From the NCBI GenBank assembly GCA_963754315.1, contig CAVWFS010000011.1, forward strand, positions 64,001-128,000: a stretch of 64,000 bases of DNA. The letters are read 5' to 3'. The notes beneath the pieces were generated by a model. That model was not told where the DNA came from. It did no database searches and saw nothing but the letters and a program-made list of their open reading frames with translations. The translations under genes and the position numbers were made by a program. This document shows, piece after piece, positions 38,702 to 48,209 of this stretch (the first letter of the stretch is position 1; every line of letters starts with the position of its first letter). The DNA comes from an uncultured Candidatus Rokubacteria bacterium (lineage in GTDB: Bacteria; Methylomirabilota; Methylomirabilia; Rokubacteriales; CSP1-6).

Positions 38702-39732
38702 GCACACCGGTATCGGCGATCTGCCCCGTTCGCTGGGAGGGCGATCGGCTCGTGCTGCTCGATCAGACGCGGCTTCCGGGGGTCGAGGTCGTGCGGGAGT
38801 ACACCCGCTGGCAGGACGTGGCGGAGGCGATCCGGACGCTCGTTGTGCGAGGCGCCCCGGCCATCGGGGTGGCGGCGGCGTTCGGGCTGGCTCTGGCTGC
38901 GCGCCAGAGCGCGGCCCCGAGCTTCGATCCGCTCCTCGACGATCTGGAAACGGCCAGCAAAGGGTTGGCCGCCACTCGGCCCACGGCCGTCAATCTCTTC
39001 TGGGCGCTCGAGCGCATGAAGCACGTGGCGCTCGCCTCGCGTCCGCTGCCGCTCGACACCATCCGCGCGCGGTTACTGGCGGAAGCGGAGACGATTCGCG
39101 AGGAAGACATTCGCGCCAACCGGGCCATGGGCGAGCACGGCGCCGCGCTGGTGCCCGCCGGCGCGCGCATTCTCACTCATTGCAACGCCGGCGCTCTGGC
39201 CACCGCCGGGTACGGCACCGCGCTCGGCGTGGTGCGTTCTGCGCATGCGCAAGGCAAGGTGGCGCTCGTGTGGGTGGACGAGACTCGTCCCGTGATGCAG
39301 GGTTCGCGGTTGACGGCCTGGGAGTGCGTGCAAGAGGGTATTCCGCATCGGCTGATCGCCGACGTGGCGGCCGCCTCCGTGATGGCGCGCGGTGAGGTCG
39401 ATCTCGTGGTGACCGGCGCCGACCGTATCGCCGCCAACGGGGACACCGCGAACAAGATCGGTACCTATGCGCTGGCGGTCCTCGCCCACCACCATCGCGT
39501 GCCGTTCTACGTGGCGGCGCCGTTCTCTACCATCGACCCTTCGCTCGCCACCGGCGCCTCGATTCCCATCGAGGAACGCGCGGCCGCCGAGGTGCGTGGC
39601 CTGGGCGGCGCCCTGACCGCTCCCGCCGACTCGCCCGTCTACAATCCGGCCTTCGACATGACACCCGCGAGGTTCATCGCCGCCATCATCACCGAGCGCG
39701 GCGTGTTTCGTCCCCCCTACCAGTTCAGCTGA
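38698..39732 (+). CDS. mtnA: S-methyl-5-thioribose-1-phosphate isomerase
   Basis: LLDQTRLP, VRGAPAIG, RPTAVNL, THCNAGALAT, DETRP, GADRI, NKIGTY. Confidence 0.95.
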   Translation: MSTPVSAICPVRWEGDRLVLLDQTRLPGVEVVREYTRWQDVAEAIRTLVVRGAPAIGVAAAFGLALAARQSAAPSFDPLLDDLETASKGLAATRPTAVNLFWALERMKHVALASRPLPLDTIRARLLAEAETIREEDIRANRAMGEHGAALVPAGARILTHCNAGALATAGYGTALGVVRSAHAQGKVALVWVDETRPVMQGSRLTAWECVQEGIPHRLIADVAAASVMARGEVDLVVTGADRIAANGDTANKIGTYALAVLAHHHRVPFYVAAPFSTIDPSLATGASIPIEERAAAEVRGLGGALTAPADSPVYNPAFDMTPARFIAAIITERGVFRPPYQFS

Positions 39733-39773
39733 GCGACGAGCGGGACGCGACCGGGTCGAGCAAGGTCGGACGC

Positions 39774-41312
39774 ATGGCCACGAACGACGAGATCGGAATT
39801 GCCCGGGACTTTCACGACGGCACCGCCCACTCTCGTGTCTCGGTCCGCTCGAGCGGCCACACCCTCGACTGGGACATCAAGCCCTTTCCGTTCAAGGTCT
39901 ACACGGATCTGACGGCGCTGTCGCTCCCCCGTGACTTCGATGCGGTGACCCTCGATACCCTGCCCGCTCTGGGGGCAGCCCCGGTGGCTCCGGTCGGGCA
40001 TGTCACCTTGCCGATGGTGGCGGCGCTGCTCTACTTCGCAGCGGGGGTAACCAAGAGGAAGACGTACCCGGGAGGCGGCGAGGTACTGTTCCGGGCCGCT
40101 CCGTCGACGGGCGCGCTCTTCCAGACCGAGGTCTATCTGGTCGCAGGAGACGTGGGTGGCCTTGAGGCTGGGCTGTATCACTTTTGTCCCGGTGATTTCT
40201 CGTTGCGACGGCTGCGGGCCGGCGATGTGCGGGGGGTCCTGGGTGAGGCTGCCGTCGATCCGGCACTCGCGGGGCGCGCGGCCACGCTGATCCTCTCGGC
40301 CATCTACTGGCGCAATACCTGGAAGTACCAGGCCCGAGGGTACCGACACCTGTTCTGGGACTCGGGGACGATGCTCGCCAACCTGCTCGCCACCGCCAGC
40401 GCCCTCGGCGCCGCTCCGAGGGTCGTCACCGCCTTCGCCGATGACCAGGTCAACGCGTTGCTGGGTCTCGACCCGGACCGAGAGGCCGCGCTCGAGCTGG
40501 TGGCGCTCGGCCCCGAGGGAGCGGCAGCGCCCGTGAGAGGCCTCGATGCCATCGCTCATCCGATCATGCCGCTGTCCTCGAGCGAGGTCGACTACCCGCG
40601 ATTGCGCGCGATCCACGTGGCGTCGGGCCTGGACTCGCCGAGCGCGGTGCGCGCCTGGCGGGCAGCCGTTCCGCCTCCGCCGCGGCGCCCCCTGGGAACC
40701 CTGACGGCACTGCCCGAACCTCGCCGCACCGCGGGACGGTCCCTTGGTGAGACCATTCAGCATCGCGGCTCGACCCGTCAGTTCAGCCGGGACCCGATCA
40801 GCGCCGTCGACCTGTCAACCGTGCTCTGGGCGACCGCCCGTCCTTTGGAGGCCGACGTGCCGTCGAGGCTGGTGGATCCCTACCTCATCGTCAACGCAGT
40901 GGACGGGGTGACGCCGGGGAGCTATCGCTACTGGCCCGACGAACACGCGCTCGAGCTGCTCACGGCCGGCGACCATCGTCGCCAGTCAGCCTACCTATGC
41001 CTCGATCAGTCGCTCGGGGGTGATGCGGCGGCGGTGCTCTACTTCCTGGCACCCCTCGATGCTCTGCTGCGCGCTTTCGGTAACCGGGGCTATCGTCTGG
41101 CCAACCTCGAGGCGGGCCTGATGGGCGGGCGCGCCTACCTGGCCGCCTATGCCCAGCGCTTAGGCGCGACCGGGCTGACCTTCTACGATGACGAGGTCGT
41201 GCGCTTCTTCTCACCGCACGCGGCCGGACTGGACGCGATCTTCGTCACCGCGTTCGGGCGCGCCGCCCCCGCCGTCCGCGCCGAGGTGCGCTCGCTGCTC
41301 CACGCCCGCTGA
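39774..41312 (+). CDS. SagB/ThcOx-family tandem nitroreductase-fold dehydrogenase
   Basis: RAAPSTGAL, WKYQARGYR, second domain HRGSTR...RGYR...GATGLTFYDD. Confidence 0.85.
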   Translation: MATNDEIGIARDFHDGTAHSRVSVRSSGHTLDWDIKPFPFKVYTDLTALSLPRDFDAVTLDTLPALGAAPVAPVGHVTLPMVAALLYFAAGVTKRKTYPGGGEVLFRAAPSTGALFQTEVYLVAGDVGGLEAGLYHFCPGDFSLRRLRAGDVRGVLGEAAVDPALAGRAATLILSAIYWRNTWKYQARGYRHLFWDSGTMLANLLATASALGAAPRVVTAFADDQVNALLGLDPDREAALELVALGPEGAAAPVRGLDAIAHPIMPLSSSEVDYPRLRAIHVASGLDSPSAVRAWRAAVPPPPRRPLGTLTALPEPRRTAGRSLGETIQHRGSTRQFSRDPISAVDLSTVLWATARPLEADVPSRLVDPYLIVNAVDGVTPGSYRYWPDEHALELLTAGDHRRQSAYLCLDQSLGGDAAAVLYFLAPLDALLRAFGNRGYRLANLEAGLMGGRAYLAAYAQRLGATGLTFYDDEVVRFFSPHAAGLDAIFVTAFGRAAPAVRAEVRSLLHAR

Positions 41313-41611
41313 CCCGCTCCGGAGATGGGGCCCGGTGGACTGCAGAATTCGACCTCCGGCCGCGACCATAGGGTGCAAGTTCCTCTCTCACCACCTGCCG
41401 GACGATGTCGAGCATCGAGCGCCGGTGGACGTACTCGAGTAGCGCTTCGTTTATCAGGGTTTGGTAGTTGCCCCCGCCGGCCTTGTCTACCACCCCACGA
41501 AAGTAATCGAGGATTGTGTTGTCCAAGCGGATTGAGATCTTGGTCTTGCCGGGCTCGGGTCGAACGGCGGGCCCGCGCTTAGCGCCCTCGAAGTCGATGT
41601 GCTCGCTTCAC
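41245..41611 (-). pseudogene. BrnA-like antitoxin, 5' frameshift, no toxin gene adjacent
   Basis: IDFEGAKRG...GKTKISIRLDNTILDYFR...GGNYQTLINEAL; GTG 41611 is out of frame. Confidence 0.7.
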
Positions 41612-41708
41612 GTTCAATCCCGCTGAGAATGGCAGGGCGTCGAACGGCTCAGCGAGGGTGCTATGCTGACGTGGTGCGCATGCGACGCGTGTTCCCCGGG
41701 AGGATGGA

Positions 41709-42848
41709 ATGAAGAAGTACCAGCTCATGGCGCCTGGCCCCACGCCGGTTCCGAGCCAAGTCCTCCTGGCCATGGCCCGACCGATGATCCACCACCGCAC
41801 CCCCGAGTACGAGGCGCTCTTCGTCGAGATCCGCGCGGGGCTCAAGAGGGTTTTCCAGACCACGGAGGATGTCATCCCTCTGGCCTGCTCCGGAACGGGA
41901 GCGATGGAAGCGGCGGTGGTCAACACGCTGTCGGCGGGCGACACGGTGGCCGTGGTGAAGGCCGGCAAGTTCGGCGAGCGCTGGATCGAGATAGCCCGCG
42001 CCCACGGACTCTCAGTGATCGAGATGTCGGCTCCGTTCGGGCAGACGGTATCGCCGGATCGCGTGGCGGAGACGCTCAGGGCTCACGCGGAGATCAAGGC
42101 GGTGCTCACCCAGCACAGCGAGTCCTCGACGGGCGTGCTGCACGACGTGCGCGCCTATGCGGCGCTGACCCGTGACACCGATGTCCTGTTGATCGTCGAC
42201 GCGGTTTCGAGTCTCGGCATCGCCAACCTCGAGATGGACGGGTGGGGAATCGACGTCGTCGTGGCCGGTTCCCAGAAGGGGCTGATGCTGCCCCCGGGAC
42301 TCGCGTTCTGCGCGCTGTCCCCCAAGGCGTGGGCGAAGACGCTCACCTCGCGCTTGCCCAAGTACTACTTCGACCTCACCGCCGAGCGCGCCTTTGCCCG
42401 CAAGAACGAGGCCCACTTCACACCGGCCGTGGGGATCATGCTGGGACTGCGCGAGGTGCTGCGCATGCTGGACGCCGAGGGCCTCGGCACCGTGTTCCTC
42501 CGCCATGACCGGCTGGCGCGCGCCGCTCGCGCCGGCTGCGAGGGCCTGGGACTCGAGCTCTTCGCCAAGGCGGCGCCGAGCCCGGCCCTGACCGCGGTGG
42601 TGGCCCCGCCTGGCATCGACAGCGAAGCCATCGTGGCCGCGTACGCGCAGGTCCACAACATCACCATCGCGGGGGGACAGGGCGAGATGAAAGGGCAACT
42701 CTTTCGCCTTGGCCACATGGGTTATGCCGCCGAGTTCGACGTGATCGTGGCGCTGGCCGCCCTCGAGCAGATCCTGGCCGATCTTGGACTGCCGGTCGAC
42801 TTCGGAGCCGGGGTGGGGGCCGCCCAGAAAGTCTTCGCCGACGGCTGA
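41709..42848 (+). CDS. Class V aminotransferase (alanine-glyoxylate/serine-pyruvate/PSAT-like)
   Basis: PGPTP, SGTGAME, ESSTG, VDAVSS, GSQKG PLP lysine, RLGHMG. Confidence 0.92.
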   Translation: MKKYQLMAPGPTPVPSQVLLAMARPMIHHRTPEYEALFVEIRAGLKRVFQTTEDVIPLACSGTGAMEAAVVNTLSAGDTVAVVKAGKFGERWIEIARAHGLSVIEMSAPFGQTVSPDRVAETLRAHAEIKAVLTQHSESSTGVLHDVRAYAALTRDTDVLLIVDAVSSLGIANLEMDGWGIDVVVAGSQKGLMLPPGLAFCALSPKAWAKTLTSRLPKYYFDLTAERAFARKNEAHFTPAVGIMLGLREVLRMLDAEGLGTVFLRHDRLARAARAGCEGLGLELFAKAAPSPALTAVVAPPGIDSEAIVAAYAQVHNITIAGGQGEMKGQLFRLGHMGYAAEFDVIVALAALEQILADLGLPVDFGAGVGAAQKVFADG

Positions 42849-42878
42849 GAGGCTCGCCCGGTGTAAACTGGGCAGGTT

Positions 42879-43502
42879 GTGAAGAGCATGCGCCTCTTCG
42901 CCATACGCCACGGGGAGACCGCCTGGACCCGGGAACGGCGCTTCTCGGGCGCACGTGATATCCCGCTGACGGAGCATGGCCAGCGCCAGGCGGAGGCCGT
43001 GGCTCAGGCCTTGGCCGGGGAGCGGATCACTGCGGTCTACACGAGCCCGCTGGTGCGGGCCCGCGCCTCGGCCGAGATCATTGCCCGTCCCCATGGGTTG
43101 CCGGTGAGGGTGGAGCCAGCCTTCCGAGAGATGGCCTTCGGCGAGTGGGAAGGGCTGACCCGACACGATCTGGAGACCGGCGGTACGCCCATGATGGAGA
43201 CGTGGCGCACCGAACCCGAGCGCGTGACCCCGCCCGGGGGCGAGAGCGTCACGGACGTGGCGGCGCGGGTGGGCAAGGCTCTGCAAGGGGTCCGGGACAA
43301 TCATCCCGAGGGGACGGTGGTCCTGGTGAGCCACGCCATCGTGTTGCGCCTGCTCGTGCTGGACGCGCTCGGGCTGGGGCCGGAGCGCCTGTGGTCGTTG
43401 GATGCCTCACCGGCCGGCCTGACGGAGATCGAATACCAACCGGAGTGGGCGACCGTGCATCGCATGAACACCCTGGCCCATCTGCGTCCGCTCGACGCAT
43501 GA
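42879..43502 (+). CDS. Histidine phosphatase family protein
   Basis: RHGET, SPLVRA, EMAFGEWEG, PPGGES, VSH. Confidence 0.9.
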   Translation: MKSMRLFAIRHGETAWTRERRFSGARDIPLTEHGQRQAEAVAQALAGERITAVYTSPLVRARASAEIIARPHGLPVRVEPAFREMAFGEWEGLTRHDLETGGTPMMETWRTEPERVTPPGGESVTDVAARVGKALQGVRDNHPEGTVVLVSHAIVLRLLVLDALGLGPERLWSLDASPAGLTEIEYQPEWATVHRMNTLAHLRPLDA

Positions 43503-44815
43503 GGCCCGTGCCCACCCAGCTCCCCCGGGGGGCACGGAACTATCTCCCGGATGACGCTTCCCGCAAGCGCCACGTGGAGAGCCAGCTCCTCGGCATCTTC
43601 GCGCGCTGGGGCTATCGCGAGATGGTCACCCCGAGCTTCGAGTTCTTCGACGTCCTCTCCCTTGGCACCGACGGCGGACTGCAGGAGCACATGTTCAAGT
43701 TCGTCGACCGTGAGACAGGCCGGCTCCTCGCCCTGCGCGCGGACATCACACCCCAGATCGCGCGGGTGGTTGCGACGCGGCTGCGCGAGGCGCCCATGCC
43801 GGTGCGGCTGGCCTACGTGGCCAGCGTGTTTCGCGACGACAGCTCCCCCATGGCCAGCGCGCGCGAGCTGCATCAGGCAGGCGTCGAGCTGATCGGTCTG
43901 GAGAAGCCGGAGGCCGAGGTGGAGATCATCGCCATGGCGCTCGAGGGGCTGCGCGCCCTTGGCCTGCACCGCTTTCAGCTCGATCTCGGGCATGGCGACT
44001 TCTTTCGCGGGCTGGCCGAAGAGGCGGGGGCCGACGCCGAGCAGCGCCGCGAGCTGCGACGGGCCCTGGCCCGCAAGGACACGGCGACTCTTCAGCGTTT
44101 GGTCGAAGCACTGCCGGCGTTGACCGCCGTGCGTGAGGGCCTGCTGGCCCTGCCCGCCCTCATCGGCCACGAGGAGATCCTGGAGCGCGCGGCCGCCCTC
44201 GCCTGCGGGGAGCGCGCCACCCGCGCCGTGCAGAACCTATCGGAGGTCTATCGCCTGCTCACCATCTATGGGCTTGGCGACGCCGTACTGTTCGACCTCG
44301 GCGAGGTGCGTGGCTTCGACTACTACTCGGGGTTGCACTTCGAGGCGTACGTGTCAGGCTTCGGAACCTCGGTGGCCGGCGGCGGCCGCTACGATCAGAT
44401 GCTGGCCCGCTTCGGCTTCGACTGTCCAGCCGTGGGGTTCGCCTTCGACGTGGGCGGGCTCTTGACGGTGATGGAGGCGCAGGGAGTGGCGGTCACGCTC
44501 GAGGGGCCCGATTTCTTCATTATCGACTTCACCCCAGAGAAGACGGCAGCGCTCTCGCTGGCCCGTCGGCTGCGCGACCTGGGTGCCTCGGTCGCGCGCG
44601 ACATCGTGAGCCGCGGTCTGGACGACTCGCTGACCTATGCGCGCGCGCAGCGCGTGCGGCGTGTGCTGGTCGTCGGTAGCCCCCGCACCCGTCCCGGCTG
44701 GCTGCTCGATCTTGAGCTGGCCAGCGGCCGGGAACGAGAGCTGGAGGTGAGTGCTGTGCTGAGCGATCCCGGACGTTCCTTCGAGGAGCTCCATGCCGGA
44801 GGGGGCGATGCCTAA
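43499..44815 (+). CDS. hisZ: ATP phosphoribosyltransferase regulatory subunit HisZ
   Basis: LPRGARNYLP, LRADITPQIAR, QAGVELIG, DYYSG, GGGRYD; directly upstream of purA. Confidence 0.88.
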   Translation: MRPVPTQLPRGARNYLPDDASRKRHVESQLLGIFARWGYREMVTPSFEFFDVLSLGTDGGLQEHMFKFVDRETGRLLALRADITPQIARVVATRLREAPMPVRLAYVASVFRDDSSPMASARELHQAGVELIGLEKPEAEVEIIAMALEGLRALGLHRFQLDLGHGDFFRGLAEEAGADAEQRRELRRALARKDTATLQRLVEALPALTAVREGLLALPALIGHEEILERAAALACGERATRAVQNLSEVYRLLTIYGLGDAVLFDLGEVRGFDYYSGLHFEAYVSGFGTSVAGGGRYDQMLARFGFDCPAVGFAFDVGGLLTVMEAQGVAVTLEGPDFFIIDFTPEKTAALSLARRLRDLGASVARDIVSRGLDDSLTYARAQRVRRVLVVGSPRTRPGWLLDLELASGRERELEVSAVLSDPGRSFEELHAGGGDA

Positions 44816-46133
44816 CATCGTGGTGGTTGGCGCGCAGTGGGGTGACGAGGGCAAGGGCAAAGTCGTCGACGTGATCACGCCTCACGTCAACGTGGTCGTG
44901 CGCTTCCAGGGAGGCAACAACGCCGGCCACACGGTGGTGGTGGGACGCGAGAAGTACGTGCTCCACTCGATTCCCTCCGGCATCCTTCACCCCGGGTGCC
45001 GCTGCGTGATCGGCTGTGGGGTGGTGGTCGATCCCAGCGCCCTCATCGAGGAGATGGAGTCGCTCGTCCAGCGGGGGGCTGCCCTCGACGGCAACCTCTT
45101 CATCTCGAAGAACGCGCACGTGATCATGCCCTACCATCCGGCCCTCGACCGCGCCTCGGAGGCCAAGCTGGGGTCACGCCGCATCGGAACCACTGGCAAG
45201 GGGGTCGGGCCCGCCTACGTCGACAAGGCGGCCCGGGTCGGGATTCGCATGGCCGACCTGCTGGATGAGCGTCTCTTCCGGGCCAAGCTCGAGTCGAACC
45301 TGGCGGAGAAGAACCGGGTGCTGCGGGGGATCTATGACGCCCAGACGTTTACCGTGGAGGAGATTCTCAATCCCTACCTGCGCTACGCCGGATGGCTGGC
45401 TCCGTACATCACGGACACTGCCCTCCTCCTGAGCAAGTGGATGGATAGCGGCTACTCCGTGTTGTTTGAAGGTGCCCAGGCCACCATGCTCGACATCGAT
45501 CACGGCACCTATCCGTACGTCACCTCGTCGTCGACGACCGCGGGCGGCGCCGCCATCGGCACCGGAGTGCCGCCAACCCGCATCCACGGGGTGCTGGGCG
45601 TGGCCAAGGCGTACACCACGCGCGTGGGGGGCGGGCCATTTCCCACCGAGATGGCCGGCGCGGAGGCCGAGACGATGCGGACACGGGGCAACGAGTACGG
45701 CGCCACCACGGGCCGACCGCGGCGCTGCGGCTGGTTCGATGCGGTGGTTATGCGCTACGCCGTCCGTGTCAACGGATTCGACACGGTCGCCCTCACCAAG
45801 CTCGACGTGCTCGACCAGTGCGAGACCATCAAGATCTGTACGGGCTATCGATGGCGCGGCGACATCCTCACCGATTTCCCCGACGAGGAGACGGCGGTCG
45901 AGGAAGCCGAGCCGGTGTACGAGGAAGTGTCGGGCTGGGGCGCCTCGACTCAAGGTGTTCGCCACGAGGCCGAGCTACCGGCGAAGGCCCGGCGCTATCT
46001 CGAGCGCCTCGAGGAGCTGACCGGCGTTCCCTTCTGTCTCATCTCGACCGGCGCCGTCCGCGACGACACCATCGTGTGCGAGTCGTCGCCCTTGCTCTCC
46101 TGGTATCCCGGCGTGCGCGGGAGCCTGGCCTGA
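44808..46133 (+). CDS. purA: Adenylosuccinate synthetase
   Basis: QWGDEGKGK, GGNNAGHT, IGTTGKG, EYGATTGRPRRCGW, TKLDVLD. Confidence 0.97.
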   Translation: MPNIVVVGAQWGDEGKGKVVDVITPHVNVVVRFQGGNNAGHTVVVGREKYVLHSIPSGILHPGCRCVIGCGVVVDPSALIEEMESLVQRGAALDGNLFISKNAHVIMPYHPALDRASEAKLGSRRIGTTGKGVGPAYVDKAARVGIRMADLLDERLFRAKLESNLAEKNRVLRGIYDAQTFTVEEILNPYLRYAGWLAPYITDTALLLSKWMDSGYSVLFEGAQATMLDIDHGTYPYVTSSSTTAGGAAIGTGVPPTRIHGVLGVAKAYTTRVGGGPFPTEMAGAEAETMRTRGNEYGATTGRPRRCGWFDAVVMRYAVRVNGFDTVALTKLDVLDQCETIKICTGYRWRGDILTDFPDEETAVEEAEPVYEEVSGWGASTQGVRHEAELPAKARRYLERLEELTGVPFCLISTGAVRDDTIVCESSPLLSWYPGVRGSLA

Positions 46134-46147
46134 GCCGGTAGGGCGTC

Positions 46148-47395
46148 CTGTCGGGGCGCTGGCCGCTGTATGCCGTCGTCGGGGTCGGTTTTGTTGGCTA
46201 CAGTCTGACCGGAGTCCTGTTCCCGCCGCTGTTCTTGCACAACGAGGACGGCTTCTTGCCGGCTGCCACGCCCCTCAGCCAGCGTGTCCTCACGCTCGGG
46301 TACGTGCTCGCGCTCTATCCGTTCGGCCAGTTCCTGGGCTCCCCTGTGCTCGGCGCACTGTCCGATCGGCGAGGCCGGCGCCCCGTCCTGCTCGGCTCAC
46401 TTGCGGCGAGCCTGGTCTGGTACGTCCTCATTGCAACCGCGGTCGCCACCCGCAGTCTCGTGCTCCTGACGGTGGCATGCTTTGGAGCCGGTTTGTCGGA
46501 GGCCAACGTCGCCATCGCGCAGAGCGCGCTGGCCGATCAGAGCGGTGCCGCTGAACGGCCTCGGCTGTTCGGCTACGTCAACCTGGCGATCACTGGCGCC
46601 TTCGTGGTCGGACCCTTGCTCGGTGGCAAGCTGGCCGATCCCGCCCGCGGCGGATGGTTCGGCTACGCCACCCCGCTGTGGACGGTGGCCGGCCTGCTGA
46701 TCCTCGTGCTGATCTCGTGCGTGACCAGCTTTCGAGAGACTCACCGAGGGACACCAGGCCGTCCCATCGATTACCTCGAGGCCCTCACGAGTCTGCGCAC
46801 CCTGGTGACCGACCGACGCCTGCGCCCGCTCTACCTCGTCAATCTACTGCTCTATCTGGCCATGTACGGGTTCTTCCGCGCGTTTCCCATGTACCTGGTC
46901 GACGAGTGGCAGGCGGGGGTTGTCCGCATTGCCGAGTTTGTGGCCTATATCTCCATTCCATTCTTCGTGGTGAACTTCGGACTGATCGGCGCCCTGTCGC
47001 GGCGCTTCTCCCCTCGCACGCTTGCCATCTGGTCGGCACTGCCCATCGCCCCTCTCATCACCCTCGTGGTCGTTCCGTCCTCCCTGGAGGCACTCTGGTT
47101 CACCTTGCCGCCGGTCACCCTGGCCATGGCCATCTGCCTCACCGCGTGTGCGACCCTGCTGTCCAGCTCTGTCGGCACCGACGAGCAGGGCCGGGTGATG
47201 GGCAACAACATGTCACTACAGACGGGCGCCGAGGCGGTGTCGGGGCTGCTGGCGGGCGCCCTGGCGGTCATCGCCATCAAGCTGCCCCTGCTCGCCACGT
47301 CCTGGGCGGCCGTGCTGGCGGCCCTGATCCTGCTCCGCTGGTGGCCGGTAGCTGGGCGTGGCCAGTCTCGCGGCGCGCCGGTCTCCGTGGTCTAA
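46148..47395 (+). CDS. MFS transporter (TetA/DHA1-like)
   Basis: Motif A GALSDRRGRRPVL; about 12 TM; TM1 LYAVVGVGFVGYSL lies upstream of TTG 46235 and the only start-like codon after the in-frame stop is CTG. Confidence 0.85.
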   Translation: MSGRWPLYAVVGVGFVGYSLTGVLFPPLFLHNEDGFLPAATPLSQRVLTLGYVLALYPFGQFLGSPVLGALSDRRGRRPVLLGSLAASLVWYVLIATAVATRSLVLLTVACFGAGLSEANVAIAQSALADQSGAAERPRLFGYVNLAITGAFVVGPLLGGKLADPARGGWFGYATPLWTVAGLLILVLISCVTSFRETHRGTPGRPIDYLEALTSLRTLVTDRRLRPLYLVNLLLYLAMYGFFRAFPMYLVDEWQAGVVRIAEFVAYISIPFFVVNFGLIGALSRRFSPRTLAIWSALPIAPLITLVVVPSSLEALWFTLPPVTLAMAICLTACATLLSSSVGTDEQGRVMGNNMSLQTGAEAVSGLLAGALAVIAIKLPLLATSWAAVLAALILLRWWPVAGRGQSRGAPVSVV

Positions 47396-47430
47396 TCGAC
47401 GAGGGCGAAATCTCACCTCGGGAGAAATCG

Positions 47431-47799
47431 ATGAGGCACCGGACGATCATCGGCGCGTGGATCGCAGTGGGCTTGCTGATAGGCGAGGGGTCCGCGCTGG
47501 CCCAACTCCCTGGTGGCGTGCAGATCCCCGGAGGAGCGTCGCTGCCCACGGGGGGATTCTCCAAGGACGCGCTGCTGAGTCAAGCCAAGACAATGCTGAG
47601 CGATCTCATCTCGATGAAGAACAGCGGCACGCTGGCGCCCGAGCAGCTGAAGCAGGTCGACACCATGGTGCCCAAGGCCACCTCGCTGACAAGTGAGCTG
47701 GAGAAGCCGCAGGTCGATGCCGCCAAGCTCCCGCAGCTCGCGACTGACGTCAACGATCTGCAGAAGCAGGTCACGGCTCTCAAGGGTCTGATGAAGTGA
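47431..47799 (+). CDS. Secreted hypothetical protein
   Basis: GGAGA RBS, signal peptide ending ALA-Q, helical body, typical codon usage. Confidence 0.7.
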   Translation: MRHRTIIGAWIAVGLLIGEGSALAQLPGGVQIPGGASLPTGGFSKDALLSQAKTMLSDLISMKNSGTLAPEQLKQVDTMVPKATSLTSELEKPQVDAAKLPQLATDVNDLQKQVTALKGLMK

Positions 47800-47836
47800 C
47801 CGACGGCGCTAACTGGCAAACATACGGGGCCGGACG

Positions 47837-48205
47837 ATGAGCATTGAGCGAACCAAGGGAGTGACACCACTCGGTGTCGGGGGTGAGCGGACCGTGGAAT
47901 GGCAGGTCAAGCTCAGCGCCGAACCGCCCAAGAGCTGGCGCGACGCGTTCAAGAATTCGGATGTACGCGCGGAGTTCGCCGATCCCCACGATGTGGTTTT
48001 TCGCAGGAATGCCCTGCTGTTCAAGTGCCGCGAGGACCAGCTCGGCGTGTGGATCGAGTGTATCGACGGATGGATCACCCACGCCAATCGAGCGGAGGTC
48101 GAGGCAAAAGAGGCCTCCCTTCGGAAGGCAGCCGCCCAGGAGGCGGAGACGCAGAACCGCGCGCAACACCTGACGGAGCTAAGGGACAAGTACAAGGACC
48201 TCTAA
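47837..48205 (+). CDS. Hypothetical protein
   Basis: 122-aa ORF filling the gap, C-terminal coiled coil. Confidence 0.6.
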   Translation: MSIERTKGVTPLGVGGERTVEWQVKLSAEPPKSWRDAFKNSDVRAEFADPHDVVFRRNALLFKCREDQLGVWIECIDGWITHANRAEVEAKEASLRKAAAQEAETQNRAQHLTELRDKYKDL

Positions 48206-48209
48206 ACCC

